A DNA stretch of 64,000 nt from an uncultured bacterium (lineage in GTDB: Bacteria > Bacteroidota > Bacteroidia > CAILMK01): positions 14,255 through 78,254 of the forward strand of contig CAIKRV010000011.1 of assembly GCA_903829945.1 (NCBI GenBank), in the 5' to 3' direction. The notes below the pieces were generated by a model, which did not search any database, had not been told where the DNA came from, and saw only the letters and a list, made by a program, of their open reading frames with translations. The translations under genes were made by a program, and so were the position numbers. Shown piece after piece: positions 29,918-39,081 of the stretch (positions within the stretch are counted from its first letter, which is position 1; each line of letters starts with the position of its first letter).

Positions 29918-30342
29918 AAAATAAACACCTTGCTCCTACGCTTAAATACCTAATTCCTTTTATTTTCACTATAGTGATGGTTTTGAACGGATGTACCAAA
30001 AATGCAGGTACATCTGCACCTACCAATGTAGATTTTACTTTAGATTTAAATAGTTCCTCCAATTCCGCTTTAAGTAAAAATGGAGGCTCCATGGGGATTA
30101 ATAATATCTTGATTATCCGTTATGATAATGGATTAACCAAAAGATTTTATGCCACCCAACTGAGTTGTACCTATGCCCAATGTAATTTATCTTACCTTAG
30201 TTCTGATTATACCATTCAATGTCCTTGCCACGGGTGTCTTTTTGATGTTGTAAGCGGAACCTGTTTACAGGGGCCGGCCATTAAGCCACTTGGTATTTAT
30301 AAAACTTCTGTTAATGGGAATTCTTTAAGAATTTACGAATAA
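29914..30342 (+). CDS. Rieske-like [2Fe-2S]-fold lipoprotein with a non-canonical box I (Tyr in place of His).
   Basis: The lipobox is MVLNGCTKNAG. Box I reads CTYAQC where the consensus is CxHxGC. Box II is CPCHGC, followed by GTCLQGPAIKPL (the Rieske GPA motif). The ATG overlaps the SET stop (ATGA). Confidence 0.5.
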   Translation: MKNKHLAPTLKYLIPFIFTIVMVLNGCTKNAGTSAPTNVDFTLDLNSSSNSALSKNGGSMGINNILIIRYDNGLTKRFYATQLSCTYAQCNLSYLSSDYTIQCPCHGCLFDVVSGTCLQGPAIKPLGIYKTSVNGNSLRIYE

Positions 30343-30353
30343 CATGTATTTGA

Positions 30354-30379
30354 TTAATAAGTATTTAAATACTTATTAA
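30354..30379. promoter_or_regulatory. Perfect 26-bp palindrome (13 + 13, no spacer), a candidate operator upstream of MBOAT paralog 2.
   Basis: TTAATAAGTATTT|AAATACTTATTAA. It is followed by three TTGCAA/TGCAAT half-sites and a TACCTTTG -7 box at 30421-30428. Confidence 0.35.
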
Positions 30380-30435
30380 GGATTGCAACAGCGTATTGCA
30401 ATAAAATTAAAAAACTGCAATACCTTTGCACGTTC

Positions 30436-31956
30436 ATGTACACGCTTAGGGAAATATTTTCTTTTATTGAGAACAAACCTCTTCTCTTTACTCAATATCT
30501 ATTTTGGATGTTTTTCGGGGTTTTGTTATTGATTTATACCCTAATTTTCAGAAATGACACCTTTAGAAGAAGATTACTTTTAATTTTTAGTATCTTTTTT
30601 TACTATAAATCCGGTGGATATTTCTTTTTACTCTTGCTACTATCTACCGTTATGGATTTTGGTTTGGGTAAATTAATTCATAGTGGAAAAACACAATGGC
30701 ATCGTAAGTTTTATGTAACCTGTAGTGTAATTTTAAACTTAGGACTATTATCCTATTTTAAGTATTATCAATTTTACTTAAATCTAATAAACGATATATT
30801 AGGGACTAATTATAAAGCCTTTAATTATTTAGCCAATTGGACGAATGGTATTTCAGGCAGTCATTTTGATATATGGACAGTAATGTTGCCGGTAGGAATT
30901 TCCTTCTATACTTTTCAATCCTTAAGCTATACCATAGATATTTACCGCAAAAAAATAGAGCCGGTCAGTAATATTTTAGATTTTGCTTTTTTTGTCACCT
31001 ATTTCCCTCAATTAGTGGCAGGACCCATTGTTCGAGCTGCAGAGTTTTTGCCTCAAATACACAAAAAATATGCACTAAGCTCTGAAGATTTTGGTAAGGC
31101 TGCTTATCTAATCATGGCAGGATTAATTAAGAAAATGGTTATTTCAGACTATATTTCCTTAAATTTTGTAGATAGAGTCTTTGAAAACCCCATATTATAT
31201 AGCGGTTTTGAAAATTTAATGGCAGTATACGGTTATACCATCCAAATTTATTGCGACTTTTCAGGATATACAGATATAGCTATCGGTTTGTCATTATTAT
31301 TAGGCTACCATTTACCGGTAAATTTTAATTCCCCATACCAATCCGTAAATATTACAGAATTCTGGAGACGTTGGCATATATCTCTATCTACTTGGCTTAA
31401 AGACTACTTATACATTCCATTAGGAGGAAATAGAAAGGGGAAAATCAGAACTTATATTAACTTATTTCTTACCATGTTGCTTGGTGGTTTATGGCATGGG
31501 GCACATATTAGATTTTTAATATGGGGAGGATTGCAAGGATTAGCATTAGCGCTTCATAAATTCTGGATGAAAATATTTCCAAGTGGCAATCAAAGGAAAG
31601 ATTCAAAATTCATATTGATGTGCAGCGGCATTTTAACCTTCAATTTTGTCGCTTTTTGCTGGATATTTTTCAGAGCGCCCAATTTGTCAATTGTAGGTCA
31701 AATACTCAGTCAAATTGGAAATAATTTTCATTTTAACCTCATTGGCAAAGTGGTTACTTCCTATAGTAATGTCTTTATTCTGATGCTTGTAGCCTATTTT
31801 ATTCACCTTTGGCCCCAATCATGGAAGTATGCCATACGTTTACGATTTACGGCCTGGCCAATTTATATCAAAGCAATAATAATCAGCATATTAGTAATTT
31901 TGATTTATCAGGCTACCTCCTCAGCTATACAGCCCTTTATTTATTTCCAATTTTAA
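30436..31956 (+). CDS. MBOAT family membrane-bound O-acyltransferase, paralog 2.
   Basis: It carries YFPQLVAGPIVRAAEF, EFWRRWHISLSTWLKDYLYIPLGGN and the C-terminal ...FIYFQF, the same architecture as 6539..7954. No adjacent AlgX-like partner. Confidence 0.85.
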   Translation: MYTLREIFSFIENKPLLFTQYLFWMFFGVLLLIYTLIFRNDTFRRRLLLIFSIFFYYKSGGYFFLLLLLSTVMDFGLGKLIHSGKTQWHRKFYVTCSVILNLGLLSYFKYYQFYLNLINDILGTNYKAFNYLANWTNGISGSHFDIWTVMLPVGISFYTFQSLSYTIDIYRKKIEPVSNILDFAFFVTYFPQLVAGPIVRAAEFLPQIHKKYALSSEDFGKAAYLIMAGLIKKMVISDYISLNFVDRVFENPILYSGFENLMAVYGYTIQIYCDFSGYTDIAIGLSLLLGYHLPVNFNSPYQSVNITEFWRRWHISLSTWLKDYLYIPLGGNRKGKIRTYINLFLTMLLGGLWHGAHIRFLIWGGLQGLALALHKFWMKIFPSGNQRKDSKFILMCSGILTFNFVAFCWIFFRAPNLSIVGQILSQIGNNFHFNLIGKVVTSYSNVFILMLVAYFIHLWPQSWKYAIRLRFTAWPIYIKAIIISILVILIYQATSSAIQPFIYFQF

Positions 31957-32088
31957 AATAAATTCAGTAAACCTACGTTAAAATAAGTGATAAAACGCAG
32001 GTACTTTACTGATGAATGACATTGAATTTTCAAGGTTTTTCAATGGATAATAGCTAACTTGCGCCATATTTTATAAATTGATAAAAAT

Positions 32089-32304
32089 ATGTTAAGTGCC
32101 ATTTTATTATTGAGTATGCCGGGCGGTGGCGAATGGGTAATCATCATCATTGGTGTTCTTGTTCTTTTTGGAGGGAAAAAAATACCTGAACTTATGCGTG
32201 GTGTAGGTCAAGGTATTCGTGAATTTAACGACGCCAAAGACAAAGTTAGGAACAATATTGAAGAAGGAATGAAAAACGATTCCAACCCACCTGCAGCAAA
32301 ATAA
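32089..32304 (+). CDS. tatA: Twin-arginine translocase subunit TatA/E.
   Basis: WVIIIIGVLVLFGGKKIPELMRGVGQGIREFNDAK is the TatA TM helix plus amphipathic helix signature. The true start may be the Met at 32116 (MPGGGEW...). Confidence 0.75.
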   Translation: MLSAILLLSMPGGGEWVIIIIGVLVLFGGKKIPELMRGVGQGIREFNDAKDKVRNNIEEGMKNDSNPPAAK

Positions 32305-32314
32305 AAAAATCGAA

Positions 32315-33748
32315 GTGACCAATCCTTCCACATATCAGGCTTTTCGCGAAAGGCTTAGCCAAGGTATGGCAAGCTGTCAAAAGGAAGTTAGCAACTTTTT
32401 ATCCCAAATCAACGCTAAGAAGCATCTCAATATTTTTTTAGAGGTTTTTGAAAATGAGGCAATTGAAAATGCGATACGCATTGATGCCAAAATTAAAACC
32501 GGAACCCAAGGCAAACTTGCGGGGATGGTTATTGCGCTTAAGGACAATATCTGTTATGCCCATCATAAAGTTTCTGCCTCTTCAAAAATTCTTGAGCATT
32601 TTGAGTCCGTTTATTCTTCCACGGCTGTTGAACGATTATTGGCAGAAGATGCCATTATTATTGGGAGAGTAAATTGTGATGAATTTGCTATGGGCTCTTC
32701 TAATGAAAATTCTGCTTATGGCCCTGTACTTAATCCCTTGGATGAAACATTGGTTCCCGGTGGTTCTTCCGGTGGTTCCGCAGCAGCAGTTGCTGCCGGT
32801 GTTTGCCACGTAGCACTCGGTTCTGATACAGGTGGTTCAATTCGTCAACCGGCTTCATTTTGTGGCGTTATCGGACTTCGACCAAGCTATGGACGAATTT
32901 CTCGATACGGATTATTGGCTTTTGCTTCTTCCATGGATCAAATTGGAACCATTACCCATAATATAGAAGACGCTGCATTACTTCTCGAAGTGATGTCAGG
33001 CAAGGATGAATTTGATAGTACCGTATCTTCTAAGCCGGTGCCGGAATATTCCAAATTATTATCTCAAGATCATGGATTTAAAATTGCAACCTTAGATGAT
33101 TGTATTTTCCATGACGGAGTAGATATTGAAATTCGAGAAAGATTCAAAACAATTATTTCTGAATTGGAATCACATGGCAATACCTTGGTCAGTGAATCCT
33201 TTCCCTATCTGGATTATATGATTCCTTCTTATGCCATACTTGCTATGGCGGAAGCATCTTCAAATTTATCCAGATTTGCAGGTATGACCTACGGTTATAG
33301 GAGTAAACATGCGGAAAATTTAGAAACTACTATTACCGCTTCCAGAACTGAAGGTTTTGGCGAAGAAGTGAAGAGAAGAATAATGCTCGGCACCTTCGTA
33401 CTAAGTGAAGGATATTATGATGCTTACTATTCTAAGGCTCAAAAAGTAAGAAACGTAATTAAAAAATATACCGATAAGCTTTTAGAAGCAAATGATTTTC
33501 TTTTATTACCTGTTTCTCCTTCTACAGCATTTAAATTACATGCTAATACCAAAGACCCGATAGCCATGTATCTCGCTGATATATTTACCATACAATCAGC
33601 ATTGGCTGGAGTGCCGTCAATATCGCTTCCACTAGGGTGGCATAGCAATGGTATGCCATTCGGTATTCAAATTATTTCTCGTATGTTTGAAGAGGAAAAA
33701 TTATTGGCTTTTTCTGAATATTTAATGGATAAATTTTCAAGAAAATAA
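32315..33748 (+). CDS. gatA: Asp-tRNA(Asn)/Glu-tRNA(Gln) amidotransferase subunit A.
   Basis: The amidase signature GGSSGGSAAAVAAG...GSDTGGSIRQPASFCGVIGLRPSYGRISRYG is present. The length is 477 aa. Confidence 0.9.
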   Translation: MTNPSTYQAFRERLSQGMASCQKEVSNFLSQINAKKHLNIFLEVFENEAIENAIRIDAKIKTGTQGKLAGMVIALKDNICYAHHKVSASSKILEHFESVYSSTAVERLLAEDAIIIGRVNCDEFAMGSSNENSAYGPVLNPLDETLVPGGSSGGSAAAVAAGVCHVALGSDTGGSIRQPASFCGVIGLRPSYGRISRYGLLAFASSMDQIGTITHNIEDAALLLEVMSGKDEFDSTVSSKPVPEYSKLLSQDHGFKIATLDDCIFHDGVDIEIRERFKTIISELESHGNTLVSESFPYLDYMIPSYAILAMAEASSNLSRFAGMTYGYRSKHAENLETTITASRTEGFGEEVKRRIMLGTFVLSEGYYDAYYSKAQKVRNVIKKYTDKLLEANDFLLLPVSPSTAFKLHANTKDPIAMYLADIFTIQSALAGVPSISLPLGWHSNGMPFGIQIISRMFEEEKLLAFSEYLMDKFSRK

Positions 33749-33756
33749 GAGTATCA

Positions 33757-35406
33757 ATGAAGGCATTTATCAAGATAAGCGATGCAATAACTAAAAGGAA
33801 TTACAAGTTAATTTTCCTCTTAGCATTGGCTTGTTTAATAATGCTTCCTTTTAGAAATTATGCACAACAAGGCAGTTCTGATATTATCAAAGAAAGCCCT
33901 GATATTGTTGGAAATTTAGATAGCTTAGTTAATCTCTGGTATTTAAAAAATACCGCAGCTCAGCGTACCAAAAACGCTACCAATGTTTATGGTTTCAGAC
34001 CGGGGCAAGTTCCGGAATATACCGACTCAATTTACAGAGCCAGAATTCAAAAAATGGCCAGGGAAAGTGGCTTGCCTTTTACCTATAATGCCATGGTACG
34101 TGCCTTTATAGATTTATATGCTGTACGTAAACGTGATTTAGTGGAAAAAATGCTAGGATTAAGCGATTACTATTTCCCGATTTACGAAGAAGCATTTATT
34201 AAATATGATATTCCTGTAGAAATACGTTACCTTTCTGTAGTTGAATCTGCACTCAATGCCGAAGCAGTTTCAAGAACCAACGCCGTAGGTCTATGGCAAT
34301 TTATGTATTCCACCGGAAGATTGTATCGCCTAAACGTAACCAACTTTATTGACGAAAGAAAAGACCCGTATAAATCTACGATTGCCTCTGCTCAATATTT
34401 AAAGGACTTATATAATACTTTTGGGGATTGGTTTTTAGCCCTGGCTGCCTATAACTGCGGACCGGGAAATATTAATAAAGCCATTCGAAGATCAGGCGGT
34501 AAAAAAACCTTTTGGGAAATATATAATTACTTACCACTGGAAACTAGAGGCTATGTGCCTGCTTATATTGCGGCATCCTATGTTTTTACCTACCATAGAG
34601 AACACAATTTATATCCTCAAAGCATCAATTTGCCAACTTTAATAGATACTGTTTACGTAAATAAAGAAGTTGATTTTAAAACATTATCCATAGTTTTAAA
34701 TACCCCGGAGGAATTAATAAAAAATTTAAATCCTCAGTTTAAAAAATATCATATTCCTGCTGACGAAGAACATAAATATGAATTGCGTCTTCCATCTGCA
34801 AAAGCGTCATTGTATGTGCAATTGAAAGATTCTATTTTTGCTTTTCAGAAAAAATTATACCCTGATAAAATATTTAACCCCACTTATCATAGCGAGTCCA
34901 CTGCCGTTGCTACCTCCGACTCAACAAAACATGAAGTAATTCAGAACAAAACACCTCAACATGTATGGGTATATTATACCTTGAAGTCAAAGGATAAATT
35001 ACCGGAAGTAGCAAGCTTATTTGATGTAAGTGTTTATTACCTGATGCGTTGGAATAATTTAAAAAATTATAATGTTATAGCAGGGAAAAAATTAATGGTT
35101 TATGTGCCTGCAGAAAAAGCTTCCTATTATCAAAAAATAAACATAATGACCACGGCTCAGAAACGTAAATTATTAGGTTTGCCTTCTGAGGAAATAGCAC
35201 CGCGCCAAACACCGCGTAACAACCCATCCAAGCCTGCCAAAGAATCAGAAGTTCAGTATTACATTGTCCAAAAAGGAGACACCTTATGGAGCATTGCACA
35301 AAGGTTTCCGGGTGTATCGGTAGATGACATTAAACGTGCCAATAATCTTTCTGAAAACCACTCTATACACGTAGGACAAAAAATAAAGATTCAGAAGAAG
35401 GTTTAG
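33757..35406 (+). CDS. Membrane-bound lytic murein transglycosylase (SLT domain, MltD-like) with C-terminal LysM domains.
   Basis: The SLT motif is ESALNAEAVSRTNAVGLWQFMYSTG...AYNCGPGN. The LysM units are VYYLMRWNNL... and YYIVQKGDTLWSIAQRF...ANNL...GQKIKI. Confidence 0.8.
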   Translation: MKAFIKISDAITKRNYKLIFLLALACLIMLPFRNYAQQGSSDIIKESPDIVGNLDSLVNLWYLKNTAAQRTKNATNVYGFRPGQVPEYTDSIYRARIQKMARESGLPFTYNAMVRAFIDLYAVRKRDLVEKMLGLSDYYFPIYEEAFIKYDIPVEIRYLSVVESALNAEAVSRTNAVGLWQFMYSTGRLYRLNVTNFIDERKDPYKSTIASAQYLKDLYNTFGDWFLALAAYNCGPGNINKAIRRSGGKKTFWEIYNYLPLETRGYVPAYIAASYVFTYHREHNLYPQSINLPTLIDTVYVNKEVDFKTLSIVLNTPEELIKNLNPQFKKYHIPADEEHKYELRLPSAKASLYVQLKDSIFAFQKKLYPDKIFNPTYHSESTAVATSDSTKHEVIQNKTPQHVWVYYTLKSKDKLPEVASLFDVSVYYLMRWNNLKNYNVIAGKKLMVYVPAEKASYYQKINIMTTAQKRKLLGLPSEEIAPRQTPRNNPSKPAKESEVQYYIVQKGDTLWSIAQRFPGVSVDDIKRANNLSENHSIHVGQKIKIQKKV

Positions 35407-35471
35407 GTGCTATATATTTTAAAAAGATCCCTAGGGAATAAATTCTTTATCATTTTTATAATTTAATTTTC

Positions 35472-36326
35472 ATGAGGTATATATTATTTTCGGCATTTTT
35501 ATTGATGATGAGTTTTTCCTCATCTGATAAAAGTGCTTACCGAGTTTTTGATAAAGATGGTAAAATCAGCAGCTATAAAAAATTATTAAAAGAAGCCGGC
35601 AGTGCGGATGTTATTTTCTTTGGCGAACTTCATAACAATGCTATAAGCCATTGGTTGGAACTCGAACTCAGCAAAGATCTTTATCAATTAAAAAAGGAAA
35701 AATTAGTACTCGGTGCAGAGATGTTTGAATCCGACGGGCAAAATAGCCTTAACGAATATTTAGCTGATAAAATAAGCGAAGATGATTTAAAAACAAAGGC
35801 CAGAACTTGGCCTAATTATAATACAGATTATAAACCATTGGTGGAGTTTGCCAAGACTAGTAAAATACCATTTGTAGCCAGTAATGTACCTCGCAAATAT
35901 GCAAGCATGGTTTATAAACATGGGATGAATTGCTTGGATACCTTACCGACATCCGCTAAGGCTTGGATAGCCCCCCTCCCCTACAAATATGATGCAGAAT
36001 TAAAGTGTTATAAGGATATTTTTAAAGCTGCCGAAGGTCATGGCGGGCAAAATCTACCCATGAGTCAAGCCCTCAAAGATGCCACCATGTCTTATTTTAT
36101 TAATAAAAACTTCAAAGCAGGACAATGCTTTTTGCATTTTAACGGAGCTTATCATTCTAATGATTTTCAAGGCATCATTTGGTACTTAAAACAATTAAAT
36201 CCACAGCTAAAAATATTAACTATTTCAAATGTGGAACAAGATAATATTGAAGGATTGGATAAAGATAATTTAAATATTGCTGATTTTATTATCAATATAC
36301 CTTCCTCAATGACTAAAACCTATTAG
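35472..36326 (+). CDS. ChaN-family (haem-binding uptake, Tiki superfamily) periplasmic protein.
   Basis: Signal peptide followed by ADVIFFGELHNNAISHWLELEL, the ChaN/Tiki conserved GExH region. The length is 284 aa. Confidence 0.6.
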   Translation: MRYILFSAFLLMMSFSSSDKSAYRVFDKDGKISSYKKLLKEAGSADVIFFGELHNNAISHWLELELSKDLYQLKKEKLVLGAEMFESDGQNSLNEYLADKISEDDLKTKARTWPNYNTDYKPLVEFAKTSKIPFVASNVPRKYASMVYKHGMNCLDTLPTSAKAWIAPLPYKYDAELKCYKDIFKAAEGHGGQNLPMSQALKDATMSYFINKNFKAGQCFLHFNGAYHSNDFQGIIWYLKQLNPQLKILTISNVEQDNIEGLDKDNLNIADFIINIPSSMTKTY

Positions 36327-36372
36327 TTTCAGAGCGTTTCATAGACACTCTTTTTTATATAACTTTGTTGCT

Positions 36373-39081
36373 ATGCGTATAGGGATATTTTTTGGAGGTA
36401 AATCAAGAGAACGTGAAATTTCATTTGCAGGAGGCAGAACCGTATATGATTTATTGGATAAATCAGTATTCACTCCTATTCCCATTTTTGTAGATAGTTT
36501 AGGAAATTTTATTTTATTGGATTGGGAATATTTATATAAAGGAAGTATTCGTGATTTCTATCCACCCGTAAAGCATTTAGAAAAACAAGACGAAAACTTT
36601 CAGATCTATATTGAATCACTCTCCGACCTAAACATATCAAAGCAAGAAGAAATAATAGCAGAAGTTGGCAAAAAAATCAGTCCGGAAAACTTTAAGGATT
36701 ATTTTGATTTTGCTTTTTTGGCCTTACATGGGCCATATGGGGAAGATGGCAGTATTCAAGGCATCCTTGAATATTATAACATGCCGTACTCAGGATCGGG
36801 TGTCCTTCCTTCTGCTGTTGGCATCAATAAAGTTGTTCAAAAGCATTTCTTAAAAGAAATGGGAATAAAAGCAGCTGAATCCACCAGCGTGAAGCGAGAG
36901 CATTGGATGAGCGGCTCTGAAAATAAATTAAATTTTTTCAATTCCTTAAAATCACAATTTTTACTTCCTGTGGTTATAAAATCAAGTTCACAAGGTTCCT
37001 CCATCGGTGTGTCAATTTTGAAGGCATGGGATTTTGAGCAATTTGAAAATTTAATAAACCGCAGCTTCTTTCAGCAAACGGTAAGTAAAAGCGAATGGAT
37101 AGAGAAAAGTCCAGAACAAAAGAGAATATTTATTCAACAATTATGTGATATATATGAAGGCATAGGCGTTCCCCTTCAATGTATAGGTTTGGAAAATCAA
37201 ACTCCGATCATAAAACTTCCAGCCGTAGTATATCAAACCTTAGAAAAACATTTTGAGGACCATTCCAACGCTTTAACCCTAATAAGTCTTCAGACAGAAA
37301 GCGAAGTACTGGTTGAAGAATTTATAAGAGGAAAAGAATTTTCTTGTATCGTGGTGGAAGGAGAAAATGATGAACCTATAGCATTACCTCCTACAGGGAT
37401 TATTAAAAACGATGAAATATTTAATTATCGCGCCAAATACTTACCGGGCATTTCAAGAAAAGTAACCCCTATTGATTTGCCCGAACCGCAAATTGAACAA
37501 ATAATAAATGCATGTGAGCAATTATATCAGGCATTAAAATTTGATGTTTACGCAAGAATTGATGGTATGATTACTGAGGAAGGAGTTATTTATTTGAATG
37601 ATCCTAATACCACTTCAGGGATGCTTCCTTCGAGTTTCTTTTTTCATCAAGCTGCCGAAATTGGATTAAGTCCCTCACAATTCTTAAGTTTTATAATTTA
37701 TAAATCCGTAGCAAAAAGAATTGAACATACGCACCATGCATTCCCCTTGCTTGACTTACAAAAGAAGCTCCATGAAAAATTATTATTGAACACTGAATCT
37801 AATACTCATAAATTGAGAGTTGGGGTGGTGTTAGGGGGAATATCTACAGAAAGACATATTTCAGTAGAAAGCGGCAGAAATGTATTTGAAAAATTATCCT
37901 CCTCCGGAAAATATCAAGTATCTCCGATATTTTTGACACAGGAAGGAGAAGAAATTAGTCTTTTTTCACTGCCCATGAATTTATTACTTAAAGATAATGC
38001 TGACGATATTAGCGAAAAAGTAAAAAATTATCATAGTGCCCCTATTATAGACAAAATAATTACAAAGGCTGCTTTTATTAGTCATCATTTTACCTCGGGT
38101 AATTATGAATTTAAACCTAAATCCATTCCCATTGCCGAATTAAAAAACAACTTTGATTTTATATTTATAGGATTGCATGGAAGACCGGGAGAAGATGGCA
38201 CTTTACAAAAAAGTTTAGAACAATTAAATATTCCATATAATGGATCAGGTATTGACTCCTCCGGCATTACGATTAACAAATATCTGACCAATGAAATTTT
38301 ACATAGTCATGGTTTTTTAATTCCAAAACATTTTCTAATAAATAAGAGCGAATGGCTAGCAGATGCTTCCGCTTTATATACAAACATTGAAAGTCATCTT
38401 CCCTATCCTATTATTGCAAAACCTGCAGATGATGGCTGTTCTTCGGCAGTAAAGAAAATTAATTCCCGAGCGGAATTAGATGTTTTTACCAAAGCAATGT
38501 TTAGAAATGAAATTGAATTAAATAATACTTTACGAGATAGTTTGTCCTTATTAGGCAATGAAGAATTTCCTAAAAAAGATTTTTTTGTTGTGGAAGAATT
38601 GGTGGCCCCTGAAGGAGCAAAGCATTTTATTGAAATAACAGGAGGAATGCTTACAAGTTATGACGAAGAAGGTGCCATTAAATATGAATTATTTGAACCT
38701 TCTGAAGCCTTAGCTTCCAAGGGGATATTATCCTTAGAAGAAAAGTTTTTAGCAGGAGAAGGACAAAACATTACTCCGGCTCGTTTTTCCGGGCAAGCAG
38801 AAGAAAATAAAAGTATTTCTAAAATAGTAAGAGAAACTTTAGGGGCTGCAGCTAAGGTATTGAATATTGAAGGTTATTGTCGAATTGACGCCTTTGTGCG
38901 TATTTTTTCGAAAGATAAAGTTGAAGTAATTTTTATTGAAGTAAACTCACTACCGGGATTAACACCCGCAACATGTATTTTCCACCAAGCTGCATTGAAT
39001 GGTTATAAACCATTCCAATTCCTTGATCATATCATACAATATGGAATCGAAAAAGAAAACAGACGGAGCCCAAGAAGCTGA
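36373..39081 (+). CDS. Tandem (internally duplicated) D-alanine--D-alanine ligase family ATP-grasp protein, 902 aa.
   Basis: Module 1 carries MRIGIFFGGKSREREISFAGGR, LHGPYGEDGSIQGILE, VVIKSSSQGSSIGVS and YARIDGMITEEGVIYLNDPNTTSGM. Module 2 carries LRVGVVLGGISTERHISVESGR, LHGRPGEDGTLQKSLE, IIAKPADDGCSSAV and CRIDAFVRIFSKDKVEVIFIEVNSLPGL. Both have long insertions. Confidence 0.6.
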   Translation: MRIGIFFGGKSREREISFAGGRTVYDLLDKSVFTPIPIFVDSLGNFILLDWEYLYKGSIRDFYPPVKHLEKQDENFQIYIESLSDLNISKQEEIIAEVGKKISPENFKDYFDFAFLALHGPYGEDGSIQGILEYYNMPYSGSGVLPSAVGINKVVQKHFLKEMGIKAAESTSVKREHWMSGSENKLNFFNSLKSQFLLPVVIKSSSQGSSIGVSILKAWDFEQFENLINRSFFQQTVSKSEWIEKSPEQKRIFIQQLCDIYEGIGVPLQCIGLENQTPIIKLPAVVYQTLEKHFEDHSNALTLISLQTESEVLVEEFIRGKEFSCIVVEGENDEPIALPPTGIIKNDEIFNYRAKYLPGISRKVTPIDLPEPQIEQIINACEQLYQALKFDVYARIDGMITEEGVIYLNDPNTTSGMLPSSFFFHQAAEIGLSPSQFLSFIIYKSVAKRIEHTHHAFPLLDLQKKLHEKLLLNTESNTHKLRVGVVLGGISTERHISVESGRNVFEKLSSSGKYQVSPIFLTQEGEEISLFSLPMNLLLKDNADDISEKVKNYHSAPIIDKIITKAAFISHHFTSGNYEFKPKSIPIAELKNNFDFIFIGLHGRPGEDGTLQKSLEQLNIPYNGSGIDSSGITINKYLTNEILHSHGFLIPKHFLINKSEWLADASALYTNIESHLPYPIIAKPADDGCSSAVKKINSRAELDVFTKAMFRNEIELNNTLRDSLSLLGNEEFPKKDFFVVEELVAPEGAKHFIEITGGMLTSYDEEGAIKYELFEPSEALASKGILSLEEKFLAGEGQNITPARFSGQAEENKSISKIVRETLGAAAKVLNIEGYCRIDAFVRIFSKDKVEVIFIEVNSLPGLTPATCIFHQAALNGYKPFQFLDHIIQYGIEKENRRSPRS

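Noticed and set aside
31957-32088. Imperfect hairpin CCTACGTT…AACGCAGG after MBOAT paralog 2, as a terminator.
   Set aside because: There is one mismatch in an 8-bp stem and a weak T tail. It is too marginal to list as a feature.
35407-35471. TCCCTAGGGA 10-bp palindrome after the lytic transglycosylase gene, as a terminator.
   Set aside because: The stem is only 4-5 bp with no loop and no convincing T-run. It is more likely chance or a weak regulatory site.
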